Virus record (IMG/VR): IMGVR_UViG_3300016667_000865
Span: 1-26,061 of that record
Length of the DNA stretch: 26,061 nt
Source of the DNA: a virus
Lineage: Duplodnaviria > Caudoviricetes
Direction: 5' to 3' (one strand)
The position numbers and the translations under genes are program-made. The notes below the pieces were generated by a model that saw only the letters and a list, made by a program, of their open reading frames with translations, was not told the origin of the DNA and did no database searches. This document shows, in pieces, positions 17,720 through 26,061 of the stretch (position 1 is the first letter of the stretch; each line of letters begins with the position of its first letter).

Positions 17720-19647
17720 TAACTTTGAGTGATTATAAAAAATTCTACACAACGGGTAATGTTTTTGAACTCGATGGTAATGACTATGTAGGTTATGTTG
17801 AGGTGTTATCTGGATCACCGTTTACATTTGAAACTAGATACACCCTAACACCAAAGAGTACATTTAAGACTGATTTTTATCTCTCTGATTTATTTTTTGA
17901 TAGATTAGCTACTGATGAAAACTTTACTCTACCGAAGACCAAAGAGGATTGTGAGTTTGCTTTAAATGAAACATTAAACTACGAGACTTTAAGATATAAG
18001 CTTAACAATATTAGCGAGAATACTAATTATATCTATTCTAGATTGTTTATACCAAATAACCTAATACCTGCAGCACCGTCCGTACAGTTTGCGGGTATAG
18101 CTGCTAAACAAGATTATTATCTCACCACATACAATGTAGGCGGGTTAGGAAGTACCAATAACTATATTGACACTATACCGTTTGCATATAGTGATCACCT
18201 TCAAGATCTTTCTTATATTAAAGAATCTACTGCACAACTCAATTACGATGGTGGTAATTCGTATGCGTTATTTACTATTACAGACAATACATTCATATCT
18301 TTAACCGGAGATGAAACAACAATTAATATTATTGAAAAGTCGACAGGATATGAAACCCTCAACAATAGTCTAAGCTTTGGTTATTTAACAGATATCTGTT
18401 CTACAAGTAAGTATGTTTTTATAACAGACACAGCCAATAACGTCGTATTAAAATATGATGTAGCAGGGTATATTAATAATGATTACGCGTTAGCTAATAA
18501 ACGAAACTTCATTGAATTGGTTGGTAATTCAGGTACAGGTACAAGCTCATCCAATCTAAACGCACCTACAAAACTAGCTTGCTGTGAAGCACATGATGTA
18601 GTAGCTGTATGTGATTCAGGAAACTATGTTATTAAGCTATACGATACTAATTTTAATTTTAAGACCAGTATTAAACAAATACCCCTTAAAAAGGAAACCT
18701 TAGGAGCAATGGGGTTTGATCCACATTATAATAATCTCAACGTTATTACATATTATGGTAGTGATATTTACCTTTATACTTTTGACCTTACGTTCAATCT
18801 AATTGAACGTACTCTATTAGAAGAAAAACTTAAAGGTGATACTATCAGATCTATTCAATTTTCTTATAATGATAGTAATTTTTGGTATATTGTAACCTCG
18901 TCGTATATCTATAAAAAGATTAAGAGTAGAGCATCAAAGACGGTGGGACTTTTCGATCCATTACGTCTCTACGATTTAAATCTAACAAGAACAACTTCTG
19001 CATCTGATGCAGGATTTAATAATAAATGGAATTATCAAGAAATAGGATATCAAGAAGCCGCCTTTAAATGGAATTTATATCAAGCAACAGGTACAGGTAG
19101 TGGTTCTGGATCACTATCTTCAAGTTTAGTGGGTGATGTATATAAAACCTTTAATGTTTTAAAGTCACCAGAAAATTACGACCTTCAAATTTTAATTACG
19201 AATAGCAAGATATTTACTCTACAAGAACCAAATACATATAAGACGGTTATTAAGCAAGATAATTATGAAAATTATGGTATAGCTGGGTTTAACTTAAATG
19301 GTGATGAGTATATACAAACCTCCGTCTTAAATCGTGAGATTTTTAAAATGGTTAGTGATATTGTTAAGATTAAAAATAATATCGTAGGCCGCTTTACAGG
19401 TAAGTATGTCAATAATATCTTTAATCTTACGACCTATACATATAGATTAAATTTTGACAATTTTATAGATGAAAATACTATAAACGATTTCTATATATAC
19501 GGTAATGAGCAAAATATGGTGGGTGTAATTAACAGAACGTTTAATAAGATATACCAACTACAAGAGAAATTACTTGAACTCACACTAACAGACTTTGACG
19601 TTAACGTACAAACATTATACGGTGAAAGTTCTTATATACAAGTATAA
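17716..19647 (+). CDS. Virion protein with NHL-type beta-propeller repeats
   Basis: YVFITDTANNVVLKYD and NLNAPTKLA...VAVCDSGNYVIKLYD. ATGA overlap with the upstream gene. Confidence 0.7.
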   Translation: MITLSDYKKFYTTGNVFELDGNDYVGYVEVLSGSPFTFETRYTLTPKSTFKTDFYLSDLFFDRLATDENFTLPKTKEDCEFALNETLNYETLRYKLNNISENTNYIYSRLFIPNNLIPAAPSVQFAGIAAKQDYYLTTYNVGGLGSTNNYIDTIPFAYSDHLQDLSYIKESTAQLNYDGGNSYALFTITDNTFISLTGDETTINIIEKSTGYETLNNSLSFGYLTDICSTSKYVFITDTANNVVLKYDVAGYINNDYALANKRNFIELVGNSGTGTSSSNLNAPTKLACCEAHDVVAVCDSGNYVIKLYDTNFNFKTSIKQIPLKKETLGAMGFDPHYNNLNVITYYGSDIYLYTFDLTFNLIERTLLEEKLKGDTIRSIQFSYNDSNFWYIVTSSYIYKKIKSRASKTVGLFDPLRLYDLNLTRTTSASDAGFNNKWNYQEIGYQEAAFKWNLYQATGTGSGSGSLSSSLVGDVYKTFNVLKSPENYDLQILITNSKIFTLQEPNTYKTVIKQDNYENYGIAGFNLNGDEYIQTSVLNREIFKMVSDIVKIKNNIVGRFTGKYVNNIFNLTTYTYRLNFDNFIDENTINDFYIYGNEQNMVGVINRTFNKIYQLQEKLLELTLTDFDVNVQTLYGESSYIQV

Positions 19648-19687
19648 TGTGTCGCATTTCATTTTCAATGAATAAATAATCATAATA

Positions 19688-20353
19688 ATGTCAGCATTAA
19701 CCAATACAAACATTAGTAATACATATGTAGGCGTGCTACACGCGAATGGTGTCGCTTTGCCGAGCTCGGGAGTTGTTGAGACTGTATACGATGGTGCTGG
19801 TACTGCGAGTGCGCTACAGGTTGGTAAAAATGGTGTAACATGTACTGGCGTCTTATCGTCTAAGTCTATATCATTAAGTGGATCTAATATAATCGATCTA
19901 ATATACCCTATTGGATCAGTTATTTTTTCAACTAATAGTACTAACCCGGGTGTTAGATTTCAAGGTACATCGTGGATGCAAGTTTCAAAAGGTAGATATC
20001 TAACCGGTGAAGGTACTACCCAGAATAATACATCAACAACTACGTTTGTTTTAAGTAATAATTCTGGTTCTTTTACCGCGACAATTACAGCTGCACCGCA
20101 TTATCATGGTGTCGGTCAATATACAAATAGTGTAGATGATAATGCTAGGTTTATTTACGGATCTTGGTCAGATGGATCAGCTTACGGGGTAAGAGCGTTG
20201 TTTGGTGGTGCTGATACGTTTGGTGGTATTACAATATCACAGGGCGACGGTAATGGCATACGAACTACAAATGTTTCGAGTGGTTATGGGTCTTATACAA
20301 TACCAGTACAGCCGCCTAGTTTCGCTATGTATGTCTGGGAGAGAACAGCTTAA
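19688..20353 (+). CDS. Baseplate/short-fibre protein with a gp10 C-terminal-like domain
   Basis: LIYPIGSVIFSTNSTNPG...W......GRYLTG and the terminal VQPPSFAMYVWERTA. Confidence 0.8.
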   Translation: MSALTNTNISNTYVGVLHANGVALPSSGVVETVYDGAGTASALQVGKNGVTCTGVLSSKSISLSGSNIIDLIYPIGSVIFSTNSTNPGVRFQGTSWMQVSKGRYLTGEGTTQNNTSTTTFVLSNNSGSFTATITAAPHYHGVGQYTNSVDDNARFIYGSWSDGSAYGVRALFGGADTFGGITISQGDGNGIRTTNVSSGYGSYTIPVQPPSFAMYVWERTA

Positions 20354-20363
20354 AAATTAATAT

Positions 20364-21182
20364 ATGCCTAATATTGAAATTATAAAATTAAAAATTCGCA
20401 GAGGCACTAATACGCAGCGCTTAAATGTCGTTCTAGAGCAGGGTGAATTAGGATATACAACAGATACGAATCGTGTATATGTTGGTGATGGTATTACACT
20501 TGGTGGTCAACCAGTTGGTAGTCTAAATTTAGCTCCAACTATCACCCCCGGTACAAGAACTTCAACAGTAGCATCCATTAACGATGTTATTTACGATAAT
20601 AATATCTTATGGCAGCTGACAGCTGCGGATTACACACAATTATCCTCATGGGCTAATATTGAAGCAAAACCAGATAATAGTTATCTACAATATGATGGTA
20701 ATAATAAGCTGACCATTGTTTCCAATAGTATTGGTAAATCTAAGCTAGCAAGTGATATCGTTTATAGTTCTGGGGCTATATATTTTAACTCCACCACAGG
20801 ATTATCTGCAAATGTTGATGGTAGTTCGATAGTAATTTCTAGTAATCGGTTAGCTCTTCCTATTCAGAGTATCTCAACACCTGCAGGGTTAACTAACTCT
20901 ACAGTTAACAATTACGGTATAGTTACTAGTAAAAGTACCATTGAGGGATATCCATTATCTGCGCGCATTATTACTGCTAACCATCCATTCTCAGCGTTTA
21001 ATGGCTTTTGGAATCAAACAACATTTATACCAAATGATCCCGGCCGCCCAGTAATATCACCTGCATCAACAGTTCTAGAGGCTGATACTACTACTAGTAG
21101 ATCCTTAACATCTGCTGGTTTTATGACCTTAAGCACTAATAGTGCTGGTGTTGTAGCTGTTCCAATATTTAAATTTTCATAA
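20364..21182 (+). CDS. Tail fibre / receptor-binding protein with an Mtd-N (HylP-like) N-terminal domain
   Basis: KLKIRRGT...VLEQGELGYTTDTNRVYVGDG. Confidence 0.75.
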   Translation: MPNIEIIKLKIRRGTNTQRLNVVLEQGELGYTTDTNRVYVGDGITLGGQPVGSLNLAPTITPGTRTSTVASINDVIYDNNILWQLTAADYTQLSSWANIEAKPDNSYLQYDGNNKLTIVSNSIGKSKLASDIVYSSGAIYFNSTTGLSANVDGSSIVISSNRLALPIQSISTPAGLTNSTVNNYGIVTSKSTIEGYPLSARIITANHPFSAFNGFWNQTTFIPNDPGRPVISPASTVLEADTTTSRSLTSAGFMTLSTNSAGVVAVPIFKFS

Positions 21183-21184
21183 TT

Positions 21185-22192
21185 ATGTCTAAAAAAATTG
21201 AAATTTTAGAAAATACCCTACTTAAACTATTAATACGTAGAGGTTCAGATGCTGATAGAAAGCAGGTAGTGCTATCTGAAGGTGAGCTAGGTTTCACAAC
21301 CGATACAAAGCGTGTTTTTGTTGGTGATGGACAGACTACCGGTGGTGTGATCGTAGGTAATTTACATCATGGTAGTTTATTAGAAGGAAACTTCAGTAAT
21401 TTATCACGTGCCCTATCAAATGATACAGCTTTCAATACAGATAAATCGTCACTATATAGCTATAATGGTGTAGGATCTGTTGGTGATATTACTAATTGGA
21501 GTAAAATCGGTGGCGTATATACAGCTGGTGATGCTTCAATTACTGTTAGTAGTAGTAATCAGATAGCAGTCGGATCTATATCCGCATCTAATATTAGCAG
21601 TTCAGCTATTGGTAGTGGGTTAGTTAACAATGGAACAACAATTTATACAGTTGCGCATGCCGGTCTTATAGGTGGTGGTGGGCTATATATTAATTCTACA
21701 GATGGTAAGATATATGCAGCAAGTACTTCACCTACTGTCTTTATCACACCGCAAGTTATATTAAGTGCTACATCTAGTAGTAGTACCGGATTTACTATTT
21801 CAGCATATCCTAATCTTACAACATCTGCTGGAACTTCTCTAGGATCACAAATAAGTTCAACTGCCAGTGCGCTCATTGTTGATACATATATCAAAAAACT
21901 ATCAGGTGCTAACGCAGGACAATCTCACCGATTAATAGCAGCTGCTTTAAATAACAGCTTAACAGCGCTAAACGGTACTGCTGACCCTGCAGGTAATCTA
22001 GGTATTAGTGAATACCTCGTAAACTATACAGCTGTAAGTGGTCAATTCACCGTAGATGGTACAAGTAATCAGCTTATGGTACCACTTTCAACTACTAGTA
22101 CTGGTGACAGAACAGTATTTTTTAGAAGTGATGCTGGAACCAATGGTGGTAATGATACTGTTGTAATACGTGTTATTGGATATATGCAATAA
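21185..22192 (+). CDS. Second Mtd-N tail fibre / receptor-binding protein (paralogue of the previous gene)
   Basis: KLLIRRGS...VLSEGELGFTTDTKRVFVGDG, and a C-terminal beta domain ending VIRVIGYMQ. Confidence 0.75.
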   Translation: MSKKIEILENTLLKLLIRRGSDADRKQVVLSEGELGFTTDTKRVFVGDGQTTGGVIVGNLHHGSLLEGNFSNLSRALSNDTAFNTDKSSLYSYNGVGSVGDITNWSKIGGVYTAGDASITVSSSNQIAVGSISASNISSSAIGSGLVNNGTTIYTVAHAGLIGGGGLYINSTDGKIYAASTSPTVFITPQVILSATSSSSTGFTISAYPNLTTSAGTSLGSQISSTASALIVDTYIKKLSGANAGQSHRLIAAALNNSLTALNGTADPAGNLGISEYLVNYTAVSGQFTVDGTSNQLMVPLSTTSTGDRTVFFRSDAGTNGGNDTVVIRVIGYMQ

Positions 22193-22210
22193 TATGTATA
22201 AGTATCGTGT

Positions 22211-22372
22211 ATGGAAGAACTAATTGTCGATGGTCTAGTACCAAAAGATTTTATAATACTCGAAGCTATTTTAAAAGATTATAAAACCTCTTTGAATGGA
22301 GATATCTCATTTGAAGAGGTTTTATCTATTTACCAGAAGGTAAAACAAGTAGTCGATTATCTTGGAGATTAA
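22211..22372 (+). CDS. Small hypothetical protein (53 aa), absent from the supplied ORF track
   Basis: MEELIVDGLVPKDFIILEAILKDYKTSLNGDISFEEVLSIYQKVKQVVDYLGD* fills the gap exactly. The variant TATAAGTA lies 6 nt upstream. Confidence 0.7.
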   Translation: MEELIVDGLVPKDFIILEAILKDYKTSLNGDISFEEVLSIYQKVKQVVDYLGD

Positions 22373-22380
22373 ATACTATT

Positions 22381-22596
22381 GTGGCTATAAGCGAAAAAGC
22401 TTTTTCTCTTGTAGAGGAATTTACTGATTTTCTGCTATTTGATGATATCAGAAAAAGTATCGTTGTCAACGTAAAGCGTGATTACGTGAAGACAATTAAG
22501 CTTGAGCTTAGTAAGTTACATTATGATTTAGTTCATCAATCTACAATAGAAGGTAGTATATCTTACACGTTAGTTTTTGTAAAAGAGTATAAATAA
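22381..22596 (+). CDS. Small hypothetical protein
   Basis: 71 aa, GTG start, TAAATA at 22370-22375 (5 nt upstream). Confidence 0.7.
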   Translation: MAISEKAFSLVEEFTDFLLFDDIRKSIVVNVKRDYVKTIKLELSKLHYDLVHQSTIEGSISYTLVFVKEYK

Positions 22597-22602
22597 ATAA
22601 GA

Positions 22603-23931
22603 ATGGTATATCAAACACTACCTACTAGCGCTACATCTCTTGCAATTTTCGAGGATGGATTAAGTCCATATTATGATATAATATGGTCATTTGATTATAG
22701 ATTATCAAATATTAATCCTACTGATGAATTTGGATTTTGTTTCTTTTTACAGGATGCTAGTAACCCCCTAAGCGGTGGTGGTGTTGGTGTTGATTTAGGT
22801 TATTCAGGATTATCTTCTTATAGTCCATCAGGATCAGCTGCATTTGGTATGTTAAGTGCTATTATAGGCGTAGGATTTGACTCAACTGGCCAATTTGCAT
22901 TATCAACCAACTGGCCTGGTGGTAAGTTTCGTGATGGACTTACAGATTCTCAAAAGCTATCTAATTCAGTAGCCATTAGAGGTAGTTATCCAAGCTTTAG
23001 TTATTTAAATTACTATAAGCAGGTAACTGCCTTCAATATTATTGATAGCAGTCCAAAGACGCTGCGCGCAAGATTGGGGAATTTCGGTAGAACAATTTAT
23101 GTTGATTATAGACCTTCACCCGCTACCGATTATGTTAATGTAGTAACACAAAATATCGATTTATATTTTGATACATCTACACGATATAGACCAGGTGTAT
23201 CTTTTGTTAAGCCTATATCATCACAATTACCATCATCACAACTTAAAGTTATTGTAAGTAATTTTCATGTTGAAGGTAAGAATGAAACACCAGTGTTTGA
23301 AACATATAGTTTTACACCTCTTAGTGTGTTTAGTGTTGGGTCAGAGCCTCTTGGCCCTGATATAGCAGCTCCAATAACGGACAAAGATTTTAAGGTATTA
23401 CCGCCTTTACCACCGCAGGAGAGTCCCGTTACTACAACACCGACTCCACCGACTACTATACCACCTACTACTACAACAACTACTACAACAGTAGCGCCTG
23501 CCAATACTACGACACCTACACCGTCTGCAGATATGATTCCATGTAGTCAGACATTTACAGCTCGTGGAGGTCATTCGCCTTTCCCACAACCCAATGTATA
23601 TAAAGTCTATCTTGGTTCAGGTACTGGTAGAGTTGATTTTACCTTCGAGACTTATGGAGTACCTGATAAGTTCGAAGTATGGTATAATGGTGGTAAATAT
23701 ATTGATACAGGCTATAGAGGTGATAAGAAATATCAAGCACAACTTGATAGAGCTCTCGCAAAAGCTGGTCTACCTTCCGAGACAATTAATACAACGCATA
23801 CCGCTACACTCTCATTCTGCAAGGCTTATGGTAGTGTAACTTATGCAGAAGTTAGAGATTATAGCCCTCTAGCTGGTACTGCATGGAATTTCTCAATCTC
23901 TTGCCCTGTTAGTGTTCCTGGATGTCTATAG
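22603..23931 (+). CDS. Lectin-like (legume/ConA fold) protein with a Thr/Pro-rich linker and a C-terminal beta domain
   Basis: The N-terminal DEFGFCFFL...GGGVGVDLGY...AIIGVGFDS fits an L-type lectin pattern. PT-rich linker. C-terminal C...DFTFETYGVPDKFEVWYNG...DTGYRG...TAWNFSISCP. TATAAATA at 22588-22595. Confidence 0.65.
   Translation: MVYQTLPTSATSLAIFEDGLSPYYDIIWSFDYRLSNINPTDEFGFCFFLQDASNPLSGGGVGVDLGYSGLSSYSPSGSAAFGMLSAIIGVGFDSTGQFALSTNWPGGKFRDGLTDSQKLSNSVAIRGSYPSFSYLNYYKQVTAFNIIDSSPKTLRARLGNFGRTIYVDYRPSPATDYVNVVTQNIDLYFDTSTRYRPGVSFVKPISSQLPSSQLKVIVSNFHVEGKNETPVFETYSFTPLSVFSVGSEPLGPDIAAPITDKDFKVLPPLPPQESPVTTTPTPPTTIPPTTTTTTTTVAPANTTTPTPSADMIPCSQTFTARGGHSPFPQPNVYKVYLGSGTGRVDFTFETYGVPDKFEVWYNGGKYIDTGYRGDKKYQAQLDRALAKAGLPSETINTTHTATLSFCKAYGSVTYAEVRDYSPLAGTAWNFSISCPVSVPGCL
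23401..23529 (+). repeat. Low-complexity Thr/Pro tract (mucin-like linker)
   Basis: Encodes PPLPPQESPVTTTPTPPTTIPPTTTTTTTTVAPANTTTPTPSA with mixed ACT/ACA/ACG codons. Confidence 0.85.
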
Positions 23932-23969
23932 TTATTTGATTAATATATAAAAGGTATTAATTAAATTAA

Positions 23970-24800
23970 GTGACTAAGCTTACTATTGGAATTGTAGTGT
24001 ATGATGACTATGATGGAGTGTATTTTACACTCCAATCTATAAGAACATATCATAAAGATATTTTAGGTAGAGTTGAATTTGTTATTATTAATAATAACCC
24101 TAGTTCTGCGCAAGGTAAAGCTATTAAAAATTTATTACAACATATTACCGAGCCTGTAATATACTTAGAATACACTAAGCATAACTCACCATTTCTTAAA
24201 GGTAAAATTTTTGAGTTAGCGGAAACAGATTATGTTTTAGTAATCGACTCACATGTTTTATTAGAAGCTGATACAATTAAAAAACTTCTAGAGTTTTATG
24301 ATAGTGGTAGAGATAATGGCAACTTACTTCATGGTCCTTTAGTTTATGATAGTATGAACTTTATATCTACTCATTTTGATCTAAAGGTATGGGGAAGCCA
24401 TATGTGGGGTATATGGTCTACAGATCAACGAGCATTTGATAAAGATAGCGGACCTTTCGAAATCGAAGCAATGGGAATGGGCCTCTTCTCTTGTAGAAAA
24501 GATAGTTGGTTGGGCTTTAATCCAAAATTTAGAGGCTTTGGTGGAGAAGAGGGATACATACACGAAAAATATAGAAAAAACGGTAAGCGTGTTATATGCT
24601 TACCGTTTTTAAGATGGGTTCATCGTTTTGAAAGGCCTAATGGTCCTCCTTATCCTCTAAGTTTTAATGATCGTTTTAGAAATTATATGATAGGATTTCA
24701 AGAGCTTGGAAAAGATACTCAAGAGGTTGTCAACCAATTTAAAGATATTGTGCCCATCAATTATATCAAAGAAGTGCAGAAAGAATTAAATATTACCTAA
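23970..24800 (+). CDS. GT-A fold glycosyltransferase (GT2-like N-terminus, polypeptide GalNAc-transferase-like DxH and GGE motifs)
   Basis: LTIGIVVYDD...TLQSI...EFVIINN, VLVIDSH, AMGMGLFSCRK, FRGFGGEE, NGKRVICLP...VHRF. Confidence 0.85.
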   Translation: MTKLTIGIVVYDDYDGVYFTLQSIRTYHKDILGRVEFVIINNNPSSAQGKAIKNLLQHITEPVIYLEYTKHNSPFLKGKIFELAETDYVLVIDSHVLLEADTIKKLLEFYDSGRDNGNLLHGPLVYDSMNFISTHFDLKVWGSHMWGIWSTDQRAFDKDSGPFEIEAMGMGLFSCRKDSWLGFNPKFRGFGGEEGYIHEKYRKNGKRVICLPFLRWVHRFERPNGPPYPLSFNDRFRNYMIGFQELGKDTQEVVNQFKDIVPINYIKEVQKELNIT

Positions 24801-25028
24801 AATAGCTTCTACTTTTAGATCATGTTTCATTGAATGGAAGCGCTCATTAATGTACTTTTCAAAAGCTAGCGGCTTTACCCAGCTTGAATCATCTGCAGGA
24901 ACATTATCCTCATCAAGCTTTTCACTAACCTTTTCAACAGCTTCAATCAAGCATGCCCAACGAACAAATTCATCAAATTCCATAGTTTTAGTTGAGCCAT
25001 CCTTTAGGTTAAATTCAAAAGTTTTCAT
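24786..25028 (-). CDS. Hypothetical protein
   Basis: 80-aa ORF in a run of minus-strand genes, converging on the glycosyltransferase with a 15-nt overlap. Confidence 0.7.
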   Translation of the reverse strand: MKTFEFNLKDGSTKTMEFDEFVRWACLIEAVEKVSEKLDEDNVPADDSSWVKPLAFEKYINERFHSMKHDLKVEAILGNI

Positions 25029-25065
25029 ATTTATTTTCTGTTATTAGTGTTAACTTACAACAATA

Positions 25066-25479
25066 TTATACGCTAGTTCCTTTTGATCTAATCAAGTCTT
25101 CAAACGTTTGATTAATATCAACTGGCTCCGTTACAAGCGTAGGAGTGAGCGTAATGCTTACTTTAAAAGTATTGCTACACTTCTCGCATTTGAAGGTATT
25201 TTCAATACCTGCATAAACATAATCACGTACAGTATAGTTACCACATGGACATACAATATCAGCTTCACTTAATGCTAGTAAATTCTCAAATGCTACGTCA
25301 GCTTCTGTATTATTCTGAGTAGTCTTAGTGATTTGATATGAGTTATAAGTAAAAAAGGCAACAAACTGAAGTACAGCTGCTAAGGAAAAAATTTCCCAGA
25401 ATCCTAATAAAGTTCGGAGGGCAAATCCAACAATTGCTGAAATGATAGCAGTAATACCAATCGATCTCACGATATTCAT
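25066..25479 (-). CDS. Membrane protein with two N-terminal hydrophobic helices and a C-terminal Zn ribbon
   Basis: IGITAIISAIVGFAL and IFSLAAVLQFVAFF, then CPCG-x20-CEKC. Confidence 0.75.
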   Translation of the reverse strand: MNIVRSIGITAIISAIVGFALRTLLGFWEIFSLAAVLQFVAFFTYNSYQITKTTQNNTEADVAFENLLALSEADIVCPCGNYTVRDYVYAGIENTFKCEKCSNTFKVSITLTPTLVTEPVDINQTFEDLIRSKGTSV

Positions 25480-25802
25480 AGACTAATTATAGCAAGATCT
25501 TGTGGGAGTTCAAGGATTAACTCATTGATCTTATCAATTTTTTGCTTAATAACTTCAACATTATCTTTACTAATACTATCGTTATGTGAAGCTCTAGAGA
25601 GAATATTACGTAGCTCTGTTAAACTAGTAAAAGTATCACCTAGTACTTTTGTTACATTATCAAACTCATACGGCAGAGTTGGTGGTGCCTTTTGCTGTGA
25701 CTCATCTTCTTTATATTTGTTAATTTGTGAAGATGCATCCATATCGTGTGATATGTTTTTTGATGCAATACCGACACTATAAGGGTAAATTCCACTATTC
25801 AT
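25476..25802 (-). CDS. Hypothetical helical protein
   Basis: 108 aa. Overlaps the next gene by 4 nt. TAAATA 9 nt upstream. Confidence 0.75.
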   Translation of the reverse strand: MNSGIYPYSVGIASKNISHDMDASSQINKYKEDESQQKAPPTLPYEFDNVTKVLGDTFTSLTELRNILSRASHNDSISKDNVEVIKQKIDKINELILELPQDLAIISL

Positions 25803-25811
25803 CTCTTAAAA

Positions 25812-25833
25812 TATTTAAGCGAATGACTAAATA
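25812..25833. promoter_or_regulatory. Second back-to-back divergent late promoter pair (TATTTA-N10-TAAATA)
   Basis: tatttaagcgaatgactaaata, between divergent ATGs at 25802 and 25839. Confidence 0.65.
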
Positions 25834-25838
25834 TTGTT

Positions 25839-26061
25839 ATGATTAAATTCGAAAAGAGATTTCTTAAAGTTCTCAACGAGCAGGATGATGAAAGAGCTGC
25901 TATGACTAGCACTCTAGATAAAGGTACAGATCCTACTGAATTTGATGTTGATATGCAACCTTCCGGAGAGCAAACCGCAGCTTCCGATGCAGCTGCGGCC
26001 GCTTTTAAGCACGCCGAAGAAATGAAAAATACTCTTCAGTCATGGGTAGATGAAATGGATA
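25839..26061 (+). CDS. 5' part of a hypothetical acidic protein, running off the window
   Basis: MIKFEKRFLKVLNEQDDERAAMTSTLDKGTDPTEFDVDMQPSGEQTAASDAAAAAFKHAEEMKNTLQSWVDEMD..., open to the end. TAAATA 5 nt upstream. Confidence 0.75.
   Translation, partial: MIKFEKRFLKVLNEQDDERAAMTSTLDKGTDPTEFDVDMQPSGEQTAASDAAAAAFKHAEEMKNTLQSWVDEMD

Noticed and set aside
19020-19090. Short direct repeats (taaatggaatt twice, tatcaag three times)
   Set aside because: They are in-frame peptide repeats (KWNYQ/KWNLYQ), too short and irregular for a CRISPR array or att site.
20364-22192. Diversity-generating retroelement suggested by the Mtd-N domains
   Set aside because: No reverse transcriptase and no template/variable repeat pair is visible in the window. 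Mtd-N is common outside DGRs.
23431-23520. ACT/ACA runs as a DNA-level microsatellite or phase-variation tract
   Set aside because: Codons are mixed and in frame, consistent with selection on a Thr-rich peptide rather than a slippage switch.
25028-25033. TAAATA as a promoter for ORF 25028
   Set aside because: It overlaps the ATG itself, so it does not fit the 5-9 nt spacing seen elsewhere.
610-25782. Nested or antisense ORFs in the track (610, 1366, 3474, 5447, 10902, 12083, 21643, 23265, 23407, 23564, 24381, 24850, 25525)
   Set aside because: They lie within or across better-supported genes and show no motifs, so they are most likely shadow frames.
1-26061. Alternative genetic code (stop-codon reassignment)
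   Set aside because: Long ORFs tile the window in the standard code, and TAA, TGA and TAG all occur as plausible gene ends.
1-26061. tRNA, rRNA, CRISPR arrays and intrinsic terminators
   Set aside because: Intergenic gaps are at most about 50 nt and I saw no cloverleaf, spaced repeat or GC stem followed by a U-tract.

Overview
A gene-dense fragment of a large T4-like (Myoviridae-type, possibly jumbo) bacteriophage genome, about 30-33% GC by spot counts, read in the standard genetic code. Most of the window is a virion module: gp25- and gp6-like baseplate wedge genes, several large PKD/LamG/NHL structural proteins, a gp10-C-like protein, two tandem Mtd-N tail-fibre paralogues and a lectin-like protein. 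It also holds a probable small terminase and a short replication cassette (dUTPase and clamp loader). Four things stand out. (1) The clamp-loader ATPase gene is fractured at its Walker B motif by a naturally split intein whose halves sit in separate ORFs, with a free-standing PD-(D/E)xK endonuclease gene between them. (2) A lectin-like protein with a mucin-like Thr/Pro linker lies next to a glycosyltransferase with polypeptide-GalNAc-transferase-like motifs, which suggests phage-encoded O-glycosylation of a virion protein. (3) TAAATA sits 5-9 nt upstream of 13 start codons with no Shine-Dalgarno, implying T4-type late promoters that make near-leaderless mRNAs. (4) The first ~350 bp are about 14% GC and look foreign or chimeric. 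All family assignments come from motif recognition by eye; no database search was run.
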